From: a virus
Taxonomy: Duplodnaviria; Caudoviricetes
IMG/VR virus record: IMGVR_UViG_3300028048_000045
Coordinates: 32,001 to 96,000 of that record
Direction: 5' to 3' (one strand)
Length of the DNA stretch: 64,000 nt
Shown here: positions 36,070 through 45,970 of the stretch, in pieces
How the letters are laid out: the number at the start of each line of letters is the position of its first letter
Position numbering within the stretch: the stretch's first letter is position 1
Made by a program: the position numbers and the translations under genes
Notes under the pieces: generated by a model
Databases searched by the model: none
Told to the model about the DNA's origin: nothing
What the model saw: the letters and a program-made list of their open reading frames with translations, nothing else

Positions 36070-39000
36070 TTATTCACCTACTACATTAACTGTAATATCA
36101 GGTTCGAAAACTATCGATCCGTCATCCGTAGATGTTACTTTTTGTGATACAGTTAATACTTCAGTTGAAACACTGGTATCATTTACAATGGTCTGTACCT
36201 CACCATTTTTATAATCATTAATTCTTACTATGTTAATGTATTCGATATCTGGAACAACTCCCTTAATAGCTTCGAAAAGACTATCAGTTGAGAAATTGTT
36301 ATCTCCAAGAGTTTCGATATAATTAGCAGTAGTAGAAATTATTTGAGAACGTTTGAATTCTATAGATTCATTAGTTTTAAATTTAACTCTGAATTCTATT
36401 TTCAAAGCTATATTCGAAATGTATTCATAATTGTTTGTTGAAAGTAAGAATGCTTTATATTTAGAAGATTTGCCAGAAGTATTCTTCAATCCTCCAAAGA
36501 TTTTACCACCATCAAACATATTAGAACGAATCTTAGAAATATTATCAGTAATATTTAAATACTTTTCACGAATTGTATTAAACATATCTTCTGAAGAGAA
36601 GTAAAGTCTATTAATCCATGGAACGTTTTTAATAATACCGATGTATTCTGTAGTTAAAGCTTTTCGCATTAAAGTAGGATCTGTAAATGCTTCTCTTTCA
36701 CTAAGATCTGAAAGTTCACCAGGAACATAAACTCCATTTCTAAGAACTTTCTTATACCATTTAGTATCACCTTTTTTATGCTTAATTCTAGCTTTAGCTG
36801 TATAATAATCTACACCAGGTTCGAAATCATCTAGATTTGAAACCAATGTATACATTTCATAGTTAGGATCGTAAGTATAATATTGTACAGTATCATCCGG
36901 ACCATATTCTATTTCATCTTCTGTTAATTTTGTATAATCATATACGAAATCTCCAGCTTTATGAAGAATCTTAAACTTAGGAACTACATTTCCACCTTTA
37001 AGTGAAATGAATATTGGTAATCCATCTTCTCCAATCTCAACTACATTTTCATAATAATTAGGATCGGATTTATTTTTAGATTCAGGATCATAATTCTTAT
37101 TAACTACATATTCTGTAGTTTCATAAGTTTCACCAACATCTTGTTCATAAGTTTCATATCCAGGAATTCGAGTTTCAATATCAAATTCTAGACCAAATGA
37201 TTCTGACATATTTTCAACCAATTTTACATAATCAGTTTCATATGAGATACAATCAGCATATCCATCAAACTTAGCAGATAATTCAAATTTAACTTCAGTA
37301 TCAACGTTATAATACACAGTATAATCTTTTGAAACTAAACTTGTATTACGTATACCTTTTAATTGAATTTGAGATTCATCTGTTACGAAGTTATTTGTTG
37401 TTACTGTAGCTTGATAAGCGATGTATCCATCTTCAAGCATAGTATCAACGTTAACTATTTTAATTTTTGTAGGATCTACTACATAAATAGTACCTGTATT
37501 CTTTCCAATCATTTTAAGATTGAATGAAATGTATTGTTTTAAATATGTACTTTCGTCTGTACTGTTTACATAGTTAATTTTATCATCAGGATCATGACAT
37601 TGAGCATATATTTTTTCAAGAGTATTTGAACCCGCATGTAATACAAATGAGAAGAAATAAGTATTTGCTAAATCTTTTTCAAATGTACCATCTATAGAAC
37701 CCTTAAATGGGTTTCTTAATATTTTTAAGAAAGGAACATCTACTTTATCCAATGTATAATCTTCTTTATAAGATTTAAATGATAAAATTTCCGTTTTATT
37801 TACAGTCATATCATAAACTGTAATTTTAGGATTTGTACTATTCTCATAACGTATATAGAATGGGAATTGTGCCTGTAAAATAGATTCAATATTAGATGTA
37901 TCGTTATAATCCAAAATATACTGTTTCCAAGATTTCAAATTCTTAGAAGGATCACCCTCATAGATTTTTGGAGAATATTCGAAACGTCTAGTTTCACTAT
38001 CATATGAGAAAACATCTGTAGGTTCAATCATATAATAATTATAACCAGAAATCAATAACGGTTTCTTTTTCAAATCGAAATAGAAATTATTAGATCCTGT
38101 TGAAAGAATCATATCATTGTAAACTAATTTGTCTAGAGCTTTATAGTAAAGATTGATAACATCGTGTCTATACTTCCAAGCATCCAAACCATATTCTTTA
38201 GCTTTATTAATGATTTCGTTTCCAGAAATAAGAATATTACGAGTATATTTTTTATTGATAACTTTTGCACGAATTTGTTCAATGTCAGTCTGATTAGAAC
38301 CACCTGTTGAAGCTTCATCACGAGCGAAAGCTAAAACAACAATATTCATTACAGTGTTTTGATAAGATATTGCTAAATCTTGAGCATAGTTGATAGTTAA
38401 ACTATTTAAATTGTTTATCATATTAGGAAATTTAATATTTCCTTCTTCACCCTTAGTTGTGTAAGTAACAATTCTTAATTTATCACCAATACTTAATGAA
38501 GCAACACCATTCATTTTACTAAACGTAATATTGTAATTCTGTTTATTACGTTTATAATCATAACTGTAATTGTATGAATTTTGTATTAATGGAGAACCAT
38601 CTGTAAATCCTTTCATAAGAACTTCACCGGATTTATTCTGACGAGTTCTAAATACTTCAACACCTATTAAAGAATCACTAAATGAAACTGTTGTATCTGC
38701 TGTATTAGGATCTGATACGTAAACTTCTGTTTCTTTACGTTCCATTTGAAACATCTTTAAGAAGAAAACTACATAAACATTACCATCGTATCTCATTTCA
38801 CGAGATGAAATGTATTGATTATTTATACCATAAATTAATCGCATTCCATCGTTATTATGATCAGGCATATTATATGTAGCAAAAATATTTACATCTCCAT
38901 CAGAAAGCTGTTTTACATTTACGATTACATCATAAGGTAAAGTAAAACTTGGATGGGATTCAAATACCGCAGTCATATTTTTATTAATAATTATTTTCTT

Positions 39001-39384
39001 TAAATCAGGAGTATCAATATCATCGATTGCATATTTTAGAATATCTTCTTTCTTTAAACAGAAAGCAATGGTAGTTGACGCTGGAGTACCAAATATACCT
39101 AATAATTCATCGGAATTTAACTTATTTATTAAAGATTTTGGTAAAATTGCTGTAGATTCATTTGTTTCATTGATTCTTGCAGCAGATTCATACATCATTT
39201 TGGCTGCACCTTGAGCTGTAAGATGCATAAAAATATTGAATGAATTACCTGGATCATCTGTTAATTCTTCTGTTTCATTAAGGGCATACTTTTTAAACAT
39301 TTTAGACCAAGCAGCTGTTAGAGCCATAGCACTATTATGATTATTGGCTTCTATAACGTCTTCAATATTAATTTTTGTAGCCAT
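36070..39384 (-). CDS. baseplate wedge protein (gp6/J-like)
   Basis: ESTAILPKSL, YTTKGEEGN, GGSNQTDIEQIR motifs; late promoter 39408-39420. Confidence 0.7.
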   Translation of the reverse strand: MATKINIEDVIEANNHNSAMALTAAWSKMFKKYALNETEELTDDPGNSFNIFMHLTAQGAAKMMYESAARINETNESTAILPKSLINKLNSDELLGIFGTPASTTIAFCLKKEDILKYAIDDIDTPDLKKIIINKNMTAVFESHPSFTLPYDVIVNVKQLSDGDVNIFATYNMPDHNNDGMRLIYGINNQYISSREMRYDGNVYVVFFLKMFQMERKETEVYVSDPNTADTTVSFSDSLIGVEVFRTRQNKSGEVLMKGFTDGSPLIQNSYNYSYDYKRNKQNYNITFSKMNGVASLSIGDKLRIVTYTTKGEEGNIKFPNMINNLNSLTINYAQDLAISYQNTVMNIVVLAFARDEASTGGSNQTDIEQIRAKVINKKYTRNILISGNEIINKAKEYGLDAWKYRHDVINLYYKALDKLVYNDMILSTGSNNFYFDLKKKPLLISGYNYYMIEPTDVFSYDSETRRFEYSPKIYEGDPSKNLKSWKQYILDYNDTSNIESILQAQFPFYIRYENSTNPKITVYDMTVNKTEILSFKSYKEDYTLDKVDVPFLKILRNPFKGSIDGTFEKDLANTYFFSFVLHAGSNTLEKIYAQCHDPDDKINYVNSTDESTYLKQYISFNLKMIGKNTGTIYVVDPTKIKIVNVDTMLEDGYIAYQATVTTNNFVTDESQIQLKGIRNTSLVSKDYTVYYNVDTEVKFELSAKFDGYADCISYETDYVKLVENMSESFGLEFDIETRIPGYETYEQDVGETYETTEYVVNKNYDPESKNKSDPNYYENVVEIGEDGLPIFISLKGGNVVPKFKILHKAGDFVYDYTKLTEDEIEYGPDDTVQYYTYDPNYEMYTLVSNLDDFEPGVDYYTAKARIKHKKGDTKWYKKVLRNGVYVPGELSDLSEREAFTDPTLMRKALTTEYIGIIKNVPWINRLYFSSEDMFNTIREKYLNITDNISKIRSNMFDGGKIFGGLKNTSGKSSKYKAFLLSTNNYEYISNIALKIEFRVKFKTNESIEFKRSQIISTTANYIETLGDNNFSTDSLFEAIKGVVPDIEYINIVRINDYKNGEVQTIVNDTSVSTEVLTVSQKVTSTDDGSIVFEPDITVNVVGE

Positions 39385-39435
39385 AATAATTTCAGCTCCT
39401 TAAAAATTATATAATAATGTCAACCGTAATATATA

Positions 39436-39463
39436 AAACATTCGGGCAAAAACCCGAATGTTT
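39436..39463 (-). terminator. terminator
   Basis: aaacattcggg-caaaaa-cccgaatgttt. Confidence 0.75.
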
Positions 39464-39473
39464 CTTAATATTT

Positions 39474-41177
39474 TTATTGTTTTTTAATATCAGGAGATAC
39501 TTCTGCTGATAAATCCAAATTTGTATAAGAAGGTTGAACCCATAAAAATTCTCGACCTTTATAGATAAATGGATAACCTCCCCAGAAGTTATTAGGACGT
39601 CTAGAATCAGGATATAAACTAGGTGGTAATTTACCAGACATACCTGGTTTCTTTACAAGATCCCATAATCCAGAAGGTCTATTAAATGATTTTTCAATTA
39701 TCTGTTTATCAGTTGCAGATGAAGTATCATATATATTAGAGCCTAAATTCTTTTCAGAACCTCTAGTATATAGATTTTCCCATAAAGGATCTTTAAGTTT
39801 TATCAACCATTCAGTTTGAGAAATAAAGTTAAAATCTGTAAATATCTGAGGATCCATTGGTGTATATCTATTAAAATGCCAGTTTACTGAAAATTTATGA
39901 AGCATATCAGGATCGATCTGATTATTATGAATTAACTGTTGTGATAATGGAAATGATGTAGGGAAACATCCTGTAAATTTACCAAAACGTTCGATTCTTC
40001 TACCATCTTCACCAATTACAAAAACATAAGCTGAACAAGTATAATCAAGAATACGTTCTGTGATATGTTCTCGAGTAGGCATAATGTAACCACGAGATAC
40101 ATAATGAATGTATAATAACCAAACCATGAATAATAATGAACCTGGAGAATAGGTGATATCTTCAATAGATGTTGTGAAATCTCCTTCTTTCCAGACACTA
40201 TCCATACCTGTTGCTACAGATAATGAAGTTCCGTGTTCATCTTCTTCATAATTATAAAGATCCAATTGAAAATCTTTAGCACCGTCCAAAGAAGTTACTA
40301 TATTAGAAAGCAATGGTATAAAAGGTGTAGTGTTTAAATAATCATCTCCACCGAATATAGATGTTTTAGCCTGGAATAAATTATTTTCTCTTAAAGTTCG
40401 AATGTATTTATTATTGGTTCCATTTTCATCTCTACCATTTGCATAAGCCAATGAAGTAGCTAGAGTTTTTGATACTGATGCATAAAAATCAGTATATTGA
40501 GATTTTAATGCATCTGAGTTTTTTGCTAAAATTTGTAAAGCATTTTCATCCATACCAATGGAATCCAAATTTACAGCTTGTAAGTTCGCAACATCTTCAG
40601 CATCATCTTCGGAATCATCAGATAAACCTGAAAAATCCTGTCCATTAGATGAATTCAAACCGTATTTAGCATATCCATCCTCTGGTGAAGTTCCAGCCAT
40701 ATTTTTTTCAGAATTTTGCATAGCGGTTTTAAACTTACCTAACATCTCTCCAAAATCTTTACTGTTAAAATTTGATGCATTAAATGCTGTAGGAGCATTG
40801 ATAAAATATTCGGGATCAGTTAATGATGCCATAATCATTTTACCAATATCTTGGGCATACAACCATTTAAAGAATGGAACCGAACTTATGTTTTCAAAAC
40901 TAAAGTTTAATTCAGGACGTGTGAAGAATACATAAGTTTTAGTAACTCTAGGTTGATCAATATTTCCTTTAAAACCTAATTTATTGTAATGAAACATATT
41001 TGCTTCAAATGGATCTGCTACATTTAAACCTTTAGCGTTTAAAGCATCTCCATATAGGTTATTAAGTCTTCTTAAAAAAGATATATCGTTTGTATTATAT
41101 TCGCTTACATTATTTTTGAATATTTTTTGAGATTCTCGTTGAAAATCTAATTCAAAAGGTTTCTTTTCTGTACTCAT
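39474..41177 (-). CDS. virion structural protein (tube-like baseplate component, probable)
   Basis: YVFFTRPELN, FIPLLSN, LDYTCSAYVF, KFTGCFPTSFP; late promoter 41205-41217. Confidence 0.55.
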   Translation of the reverse strand: MSTEKKPFELDFQRESQKIFKNNVSEYNTNDISFLRRLNNLYGDALNAKGLNVADPFEANMFHYNKLGFKGNIDQPRVTKTYVFFTRPELNFSFENISSVPFFKWLYAQDIGKMIMASLTDPEYFINAPTAFNASNFNSKDFGEMLGKFKTAMQNSEKNMAGTSPEDGYAKYGLNSSNGQDFSGLSDDSEDDAEDVANLQAVNLDSIGMDENALQILAKNSDALKSQYTDFYASVSKTLATSLAYANGRDENGTNNKYIRTLRENNLFQAKTSIFGGDDYLNTTPFIPLLSNIVTSLDGAKDFQLDLYNYEEDEHGTSLSVATGMDSVWKEGDFTTSIEDITYSPGSLLFMVWLLYIHYVSRGYIMPTREHITERILDYTCSAYVFVIGEDGRRIERFGKFTGCFPTSFPLSQQLIHNNQIDPDMLHKFSVNWHFNRYTPMDPQIFTDFNFISQTEWLIKLKDPLWENLYTRGSEKNLGSNIYDTSSATDKQIIEKSFNRPSGLWDLVKKPGMSGKLPPSLYPDSRRPNNFWGGYPFIYKGREFLWVQPSYTNLDLSAEVSPDIKKQ

Positions 41178-41204
41178 TTATAAAAATATCTCCGTTTAAT
41201 AAGA

Positions 41205-41252
41205 TATATGTAAATGTCGATTTTTACTTTTAGACGAAAACAATTAAATATA
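41205..41252. promoter_or_regulatory. divergent pair of late promoters
   Basis: Minus 41205-41217 and plus 41240-41252. Confidence 0.7.
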
Positions 41253-41285
41253 CTTAATATAAAAATATCCTTTAAGGAGTAATAT

Positions 41286-42821
41286 ATGGGTTTCATAAGT
41301 GACGTTATTACACTTACTAGACTTGCAAATAAAATTAAACAAGATGCAGGTTTAGATTCTGAAAATATGAAAACAGCTGCAGCTTGTTGGTCTAAAGCTA
41401 AAGCTATTTCCGCTCAAGCTGCAAAATATGTTATGGAATATCCTGTAGCTTGCTCAAGTCAAATTACTGATTATAAAAAGGCTCTTGCTATTGCTAAACA
41501 AGTAGAACTTGATTGTGCTCGTTTCGTAATTTTAGCATCTGGATTAAATCCTATTGTAGATAGAAAACATGGTGATACAATTGAAGCCCATTTAAATTCA
41601 ATGGTTACTTCATTTGAATCTTATGGAGTTCCTTGTACAATAGAACCTGCTACTACAGAATTTATTAATGCTGGTAGAGAATATATGGATAAATATTTCT
41701 CAACAGAGCTTTATCATACTTATAAAGATGAAGAACCTGATAATTCTGTAGCCATGTCAACCGAAGCTATCGGAACTGTAAATGCTTTCAATGATGAAGG
41801 TGATGATGAAAATGTAATGAATAATCCTACCGATTTAAACGGCAATGATTATGATAATTTCTTAAAAAGAGCTTCATCTATATCTAAAGATCACGATGGA
41901 TCAGATTTAGCAACTTTCAAAGAACCTACAGAAGACAACTTCAAAGAACTTTATTTCCAATTAACTGGGCAGCAAATGAAAACTCCAGATGAATTAAAGG
42001 CTGAAGGTGTAGATTATACTAAAGCTAAAGCAGATTATGATGCTGCTTTTGATAAGTATTCTAATATCATGAAGCAGACAAAAATTTCTATGGCTATGGC
42101 TAATGCTAGAGATAATGCTGATATTCTTAGAAAGCTTCAGGATGTTGGTCCTACAATTGTAACTATTACATTGTATCTTACTGATGGTGCTGGTGGTCAG
42201 AGAGCAATTCAGTTACCTCTTGCTATTAAATCATCTCTTCAATTCGTAGATTCTATAGATCTTATGACTGTATTATCTAGAACTAATACAAACAATAGAA
42301 AACTTGATAGATTTATCAAAGTTACATCTGGTCAGATGGGATTCTTCAAAGATTGGTTAGCTTCTCTTAGCGAAATCAATGAAGATATCGATCGTGAAAA
42401 AGCATTAGGAAAAGTTCCTATTTTTAGACGTTTACTTGATGCTAAGAATCGTTATAGAATTAAAACTATTGCTGAAACTAGACCACGTCTTGCTAAATTC
42501 ATCGCAGGAAAGAATCAAAAAGATCTTCCTATGTGTACTATTGTTTGCACAGTAGCTGAACTTGAAGAAGCTTATAATCAAAAATGGACTTATATTTATC
42601 GAACAAGAAAGATTATCGATGATATTATCGATACTTATATGCTTCTTGGTTTTGGTGTAGTTGATACTACTTCGGATTATATTTATCTCTTCTATGCTGG
42701 AGAATCTGAACCACAGATTATTGCTATGGATAAACTTGGAAATAATGCTGGTGGTGATAATACTAATAAGTCTCTCGCAGAAGCTATTGCTAATACAACA
42801 CGTCTGTTAGCACGTCATTAA
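41286..42821 (+). CDS. virion head structural protein
   Basis: Late promoter 41240-41252; SFE/STE motifs. Confidence 0.55.
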   Translation: MGFISDVITLTRLANKIKQDAGLDSENMKTAAACWSKAKAISAQAAKYVMEYPVACSSQITDYKKALAIAKQVELDCARFVILASGLNPIVDRKHGDTIEAHLNSMVTSFESYGVPCTIEPATTEFINAGREYMDKYFSTELYHTYKDEEPDNSVAMSTEAIGTVNAFNDEGDDENVMNNPTDLNGNDYDNFLKRASSISKDHDGSDLATFKEPTEDNFKELYFQLTGQQMKTPDELKAEGVDYTKAKADYDAAFDKYSNIMKQTKISMAMANARDNADILRKLQDVGPTIVTITLYLTDGAGGQRAIQLPLAIKSSLQFVDSIDLMTVLSRTNTNNRKLDRFIKVTSGQMGFFKDWLASLSEINEDIDREKALGKVPIFRRLLDAKNRYRIKTIAETRPRLAKFIAGKNQKDLPMCTIVCTVAELEEAYNQKWTYIYRTRKIIDDIIDTYMLLGFGVVDTTSDYIYLFYAGESEPQIIAMDKLGNNAGGDNTNKSLAEAIANTTRLLARH

Positions 42822-42839
42822 TTGAATAGGAGATAAAAT

Positions 42840-44318
42840 ATGAAATTAAGTGAAATTTTAAAACTTAATGATGATCAGTTCGATAAACAGTTGGATATGT
42901 TTGATGCTATTCCAAAATCTAGAGTTCTTTCTAAATCTGAAGAACATGAACTCAGAAAAAGTTTAATCGAATATGAACATACATTGAATAAATGTGTAGA
43001 TGGAAAAATTATTTCATCTGAATTGAGACCAATTGTTGATGAATTCGAAGCGGCTAATTACAGTCTTGATGGGTTAAAACCTCATGTAAGAAATTCTCTT
43101 CAGAATACTTATGAAGAATTAAAATATTGTATCGAAAACGATCCTAAAACTTTCAAACATTCTTCTGCTAAATTGTATTGTGATCTTTATGAAATGTTTA
43201 AGTTAAATAAAGCATCAGAAGCAATTAATCGTTTGAAGAAGACTAAGTTCTTTAAGAGTAGTAAACTCTCTAAAGAATCATTCTCAATTGAATCTTTGGA
43301 AAATTATCTCGCAGAAAATGGTCAATTAAGATCTACTGAAGGATTTATTGATAATTTCTTTACAAAACTTCTTCATAAATCTCAGATACCTGCTGCGTCA
43401 GATTCGATTCAATACGGAATGTTCTTAGTATCAATCGTTTTGGTACTTATAACTATTTCAATTATTGCCCTCTGTATTATCAATGCACAGTATCGTGCTG
43501 AATTGGTTAAAATTCTTGATAAATTGTCAGATGATGATGTTAAACTTAAAGGAGCTTTAAAAACACGTCAAGATAATGTTAAAGAAGCTGCTCTAGCTAT
43601 GGAACAGAATATGCCTAATTTAACAAAACAGACTATTGTAAAAGCTTCTAAATATAGCATTAGACAGATAAATCAGCTTTCTAAAGCAGATTATTCTGCT
43701 CTTGATAAATCTGTAGAAGAATTTAATCAAGAATGTAATGATATTGTAGCACAGTCTGAAGAAGGTGCAATTGAAGATAAAATTATCCAAATTGCTCAGC
43801 CGCTTTATGATAAATTTATCACATTTGCTGCTAAATATAAAACTGCTATTATTGCAGTTGGTATGATTATTGCAGCTGTTAAGGTTGGTATTCCATTACT
43901 TCGCGCTTGTATTTATCAATTCAAGAGCTGGCGTATAAGAATGAGTACATTCTTTGAAGAGCAGGTAGAGACAACTAATGCTAACATTGAATATCTTATC
44001 GAACTTCGTGATAAACCTACAACCTCTCAAATGGAAAAAGATCGCTTAAATAAGATCATCCAGAAACAGAGAGTTTGGATTAAGAATATGACAGCTTGGG
44101 CTAACATGTTCTATAAATCAGAAGTAGATGCAAGTTCTGATACTATGTACGAAATCCGTCAAGATGAAAAGATTGATTTCGATAAATTAGCATATGATCA
44201 GGAATCAGCTGAAGAATCATCTAATGATGAACTTTCTGGTACAGCTACTACTGATGATACAACTATAGATATTGAAACTGAACCAGTTCCAACAAATAAA
44301 CCTGTAGTTTTATTCTAA
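42840..44318 (+). CDS. internal head protein with hydrophobic segments
   Basis: SKE/SIE/SLE/STE cluster followed by GFIDNFFTKL and a TM-like segment. Confidence 0.55.
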   Translation: MKLSEILKLNDDQFDKQLDMFDAIPKSRVLSKSEEHELRKSLIEYEHTLNKCVDGKIISSELRPIVDEFEAANYSLDGLKPHVRNSLQNTYEELKYCIENDPKTFKHSSAKLYCDLYEMFKLNKASEAINRLKKTKFFKSSKLSKESFSIESLENYLAENGQLRSTEGFIDNFFTKLLHKSQIPAASDSIQYGMFLVSIVLVLITISIIALCIINAQYRAELVKILDKLSDDDVKLKGALKTRQDNVKEAALAMEQNMPNLTKQTIVKASKYSIRQINQLSKADYSALDKSVEEFNQECNDIVAQSEEGAIEDKIIQIAQPLYDKFITFAAKYKTAIIAVGMIIAAVKVGIPLLRACIYQFKSWRIRMSTFFEEQVETTNANIEYLIELRDKPTTSQMEKDRLNKIIQKQRVWIKNMTAWANMFYKSEVDASSDTMYEIRQDEKIDFDKLAYDQESAEESSNDELSGTATTDDTTIDIETEPVPTNKPVVLF

Positions 44319-44329
44319 ACCACATATTA

Positions 44330-44356
44330 AATGGTAGACACTAAGTGTCTACCATT
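44330..44356 (+). terminator. terminator
   Basis: aatggtagacac-taa-gtgtctaccatt. Confidence 0.8.
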
Positions 44357-44518
44357 ATTTTTATATTAGTAACAATAGAATATAATATTTTCCGGAAGAA
44401 GATGACAGGTTTCGCAAAACTTAGTATTAAGCCGTCAGACCACTTAATCTTTGTTTAAAAAGAAATACAATCTTCGATGCTCAATTTAAATAATTTTTTC
44501 CTTAAGGAGAAAAACAAA

Positions 44519-45859
44519 ATGGCTAATTACCACGAATTCAGTATCGAATCTGCTATCATGCCTTCAACAACACGTAGATCTGTTAAGATCGAAGGTGTTA
44601 ACAATGTAAAGAAGATCTTCGCAGATCCTTCTAAATCTACAGAAGCATTTATCACAGGTGCTATTGCAGATACAGGCGCAGCAGACCGCAATATTATGTA
44701 CGTAAACAAAACCCTCGGTGCTCTCAGTGATCGTCTTCAGACAGCTGCTAAGATTGCAAAATCTGTAAACACTGCTAAAGACAGAGGAGTAGAGGGATTC
44801 CAGTCAGTTGAATACCTCAATCCTTGGGAGTATGCAATTGAAGGAAAAGCTTCAGAATTCTTCAAGAAAGTTTGGGAAGCAATCAAGACAACTTGCCGCA
44901 AGATCATTGCAGCAATCGCTAACGCTATCAAATGGTTGTCAAACCAGATCCAGTCAGCTTTCACAAAAGCTCAGGTTAAGGATTACAACTATTACAAAGC
45001 TAACAAAGCTACTCTTGGTGCTGTTGCTAAGAAATCTAAGTCAACTGTAAAATCTATTGAATGGGTACCTGCAAGTGAATTCTCTAAGGTTCTCGCTAAG
45101 TTCAATGGTGAATACATGAAGGTTGTACGTTCTAAGTCAGCTGACATGGCTACAGTTGAAAAGATCGGTAACATGGATGCTTCTTTGCTTACTGATCCTA
45201 CTAAGTTTGGAAAGATCTTCTCAGAAGCTAATGCTGGCTTACATTTGGGAAGCTCTGCTGAATCTAACTTCAAAGGATTCCGCACAGTATTCCAGAAGAT
45301 GATCGACTCTATCAATAAAGAACTTGAAGATGTAACTACAAGTGCTTTCGGTAGAGCTCAGGAAGGAAAACAGAATGCACATTCTGTAGTTTACGGTAAA
45401 CTCGCTAAGGGTGATACTGTAAAAGATATCGCTGTTTCTAAACTTTGCTCACTTTCTGGTGACTTCTCAATTCTTTCAGATTCATGGATGGCAGACAATG
45501 TTAAGTCTTATGTAACTCTCTGTAACGAAAGTATGAAAACTTTCACACAGTATACAAAGGCTATTGACAAAGTTGCTGCAGCTTTTGATCGCGCTGTTGC
45601 TAAAACAGGTGAAGAGAACGCTAAGATTTCTTCACTTTCACAGCTTACATCACAGCTCTGTAACACACGTTGTCGCTACAACTCATACATGAACTCTATC
45701 TTGCTTGAAGTTGAATCTGCAGCTCTCCGCTATCGCCGTTCAGCTCATAACGCTCTCAAAGCTGTTATTGCTGAAGTAAAGGGTGGTCCAGCTAAAGCTG
45801 CTAAAGCTAAGGCAACAGAATCTTATCAGTCAGTAGAATCACTTTTTGTTTTTGACTAA
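44519..45859 (+). CDS. abundant internal head protein (phiKZ inner-body-like paralogue)
   Basis: SIE/STE/GVE/SVE/AIE then EFFKKVWEAIK amphipathic helix; high-expression codons; ATG 44519 follows AAGGAG. Confidence 0.65.
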   Translation: MANYHEFSIESAIMPSTTRRSVKIEGVNNVKKIFADPSKSTEAFITGAIADTGAADRNIMYVNKTLGALSDRLQTAAKIAKSVNTAKDRGVEGFQSVEYLNPWEYAIEGKASEFFKKVWEAIKTTCRKIIAAIANAIKWLSNQIQSAFTKAQVKDYNYYKANKATLGAVAKKSKSTVKSIEWVPASEFSKVLAKFNGEYMKVVRSKSADMATVEKIGNMDASLLTDPTKFGKIFSEANAGLHLGSSAESNFKGFRTVFQKMIDSINKELEDVTTSAFGRAQEGKQNAHSVVYGKLAKGDTVKDIAVSKLCSLSGDFSILSDSWMADNVKSYVTLCNESMKTFTQYTKAIDKVAAAFDRAVAKTGEENAKISSLSQLTSQLCNTRCRYNSYMNSILLEVESAALRYRRSAHNALKAVIAEVKGGPAKAAKAKATESYQSVESLFVFD

Positions 45860-45884
45860 TTGATAATCTGGTTGGATTATGTAG

Positions 45885-45912
45885 TAAAGATGGACCTTCG
45901 GGTCCATCTTTA
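45885..45912 (+). terminator. terminator
   Basis: taaagatggacc-ttcg-ggtccatcttta. Confidence 0.85.
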
Positions 45913-45970
45913 TATTTATTTTCGCCTTCTATTCGAAAACATTATTATATATCTTAATATGGTGAAAAAT

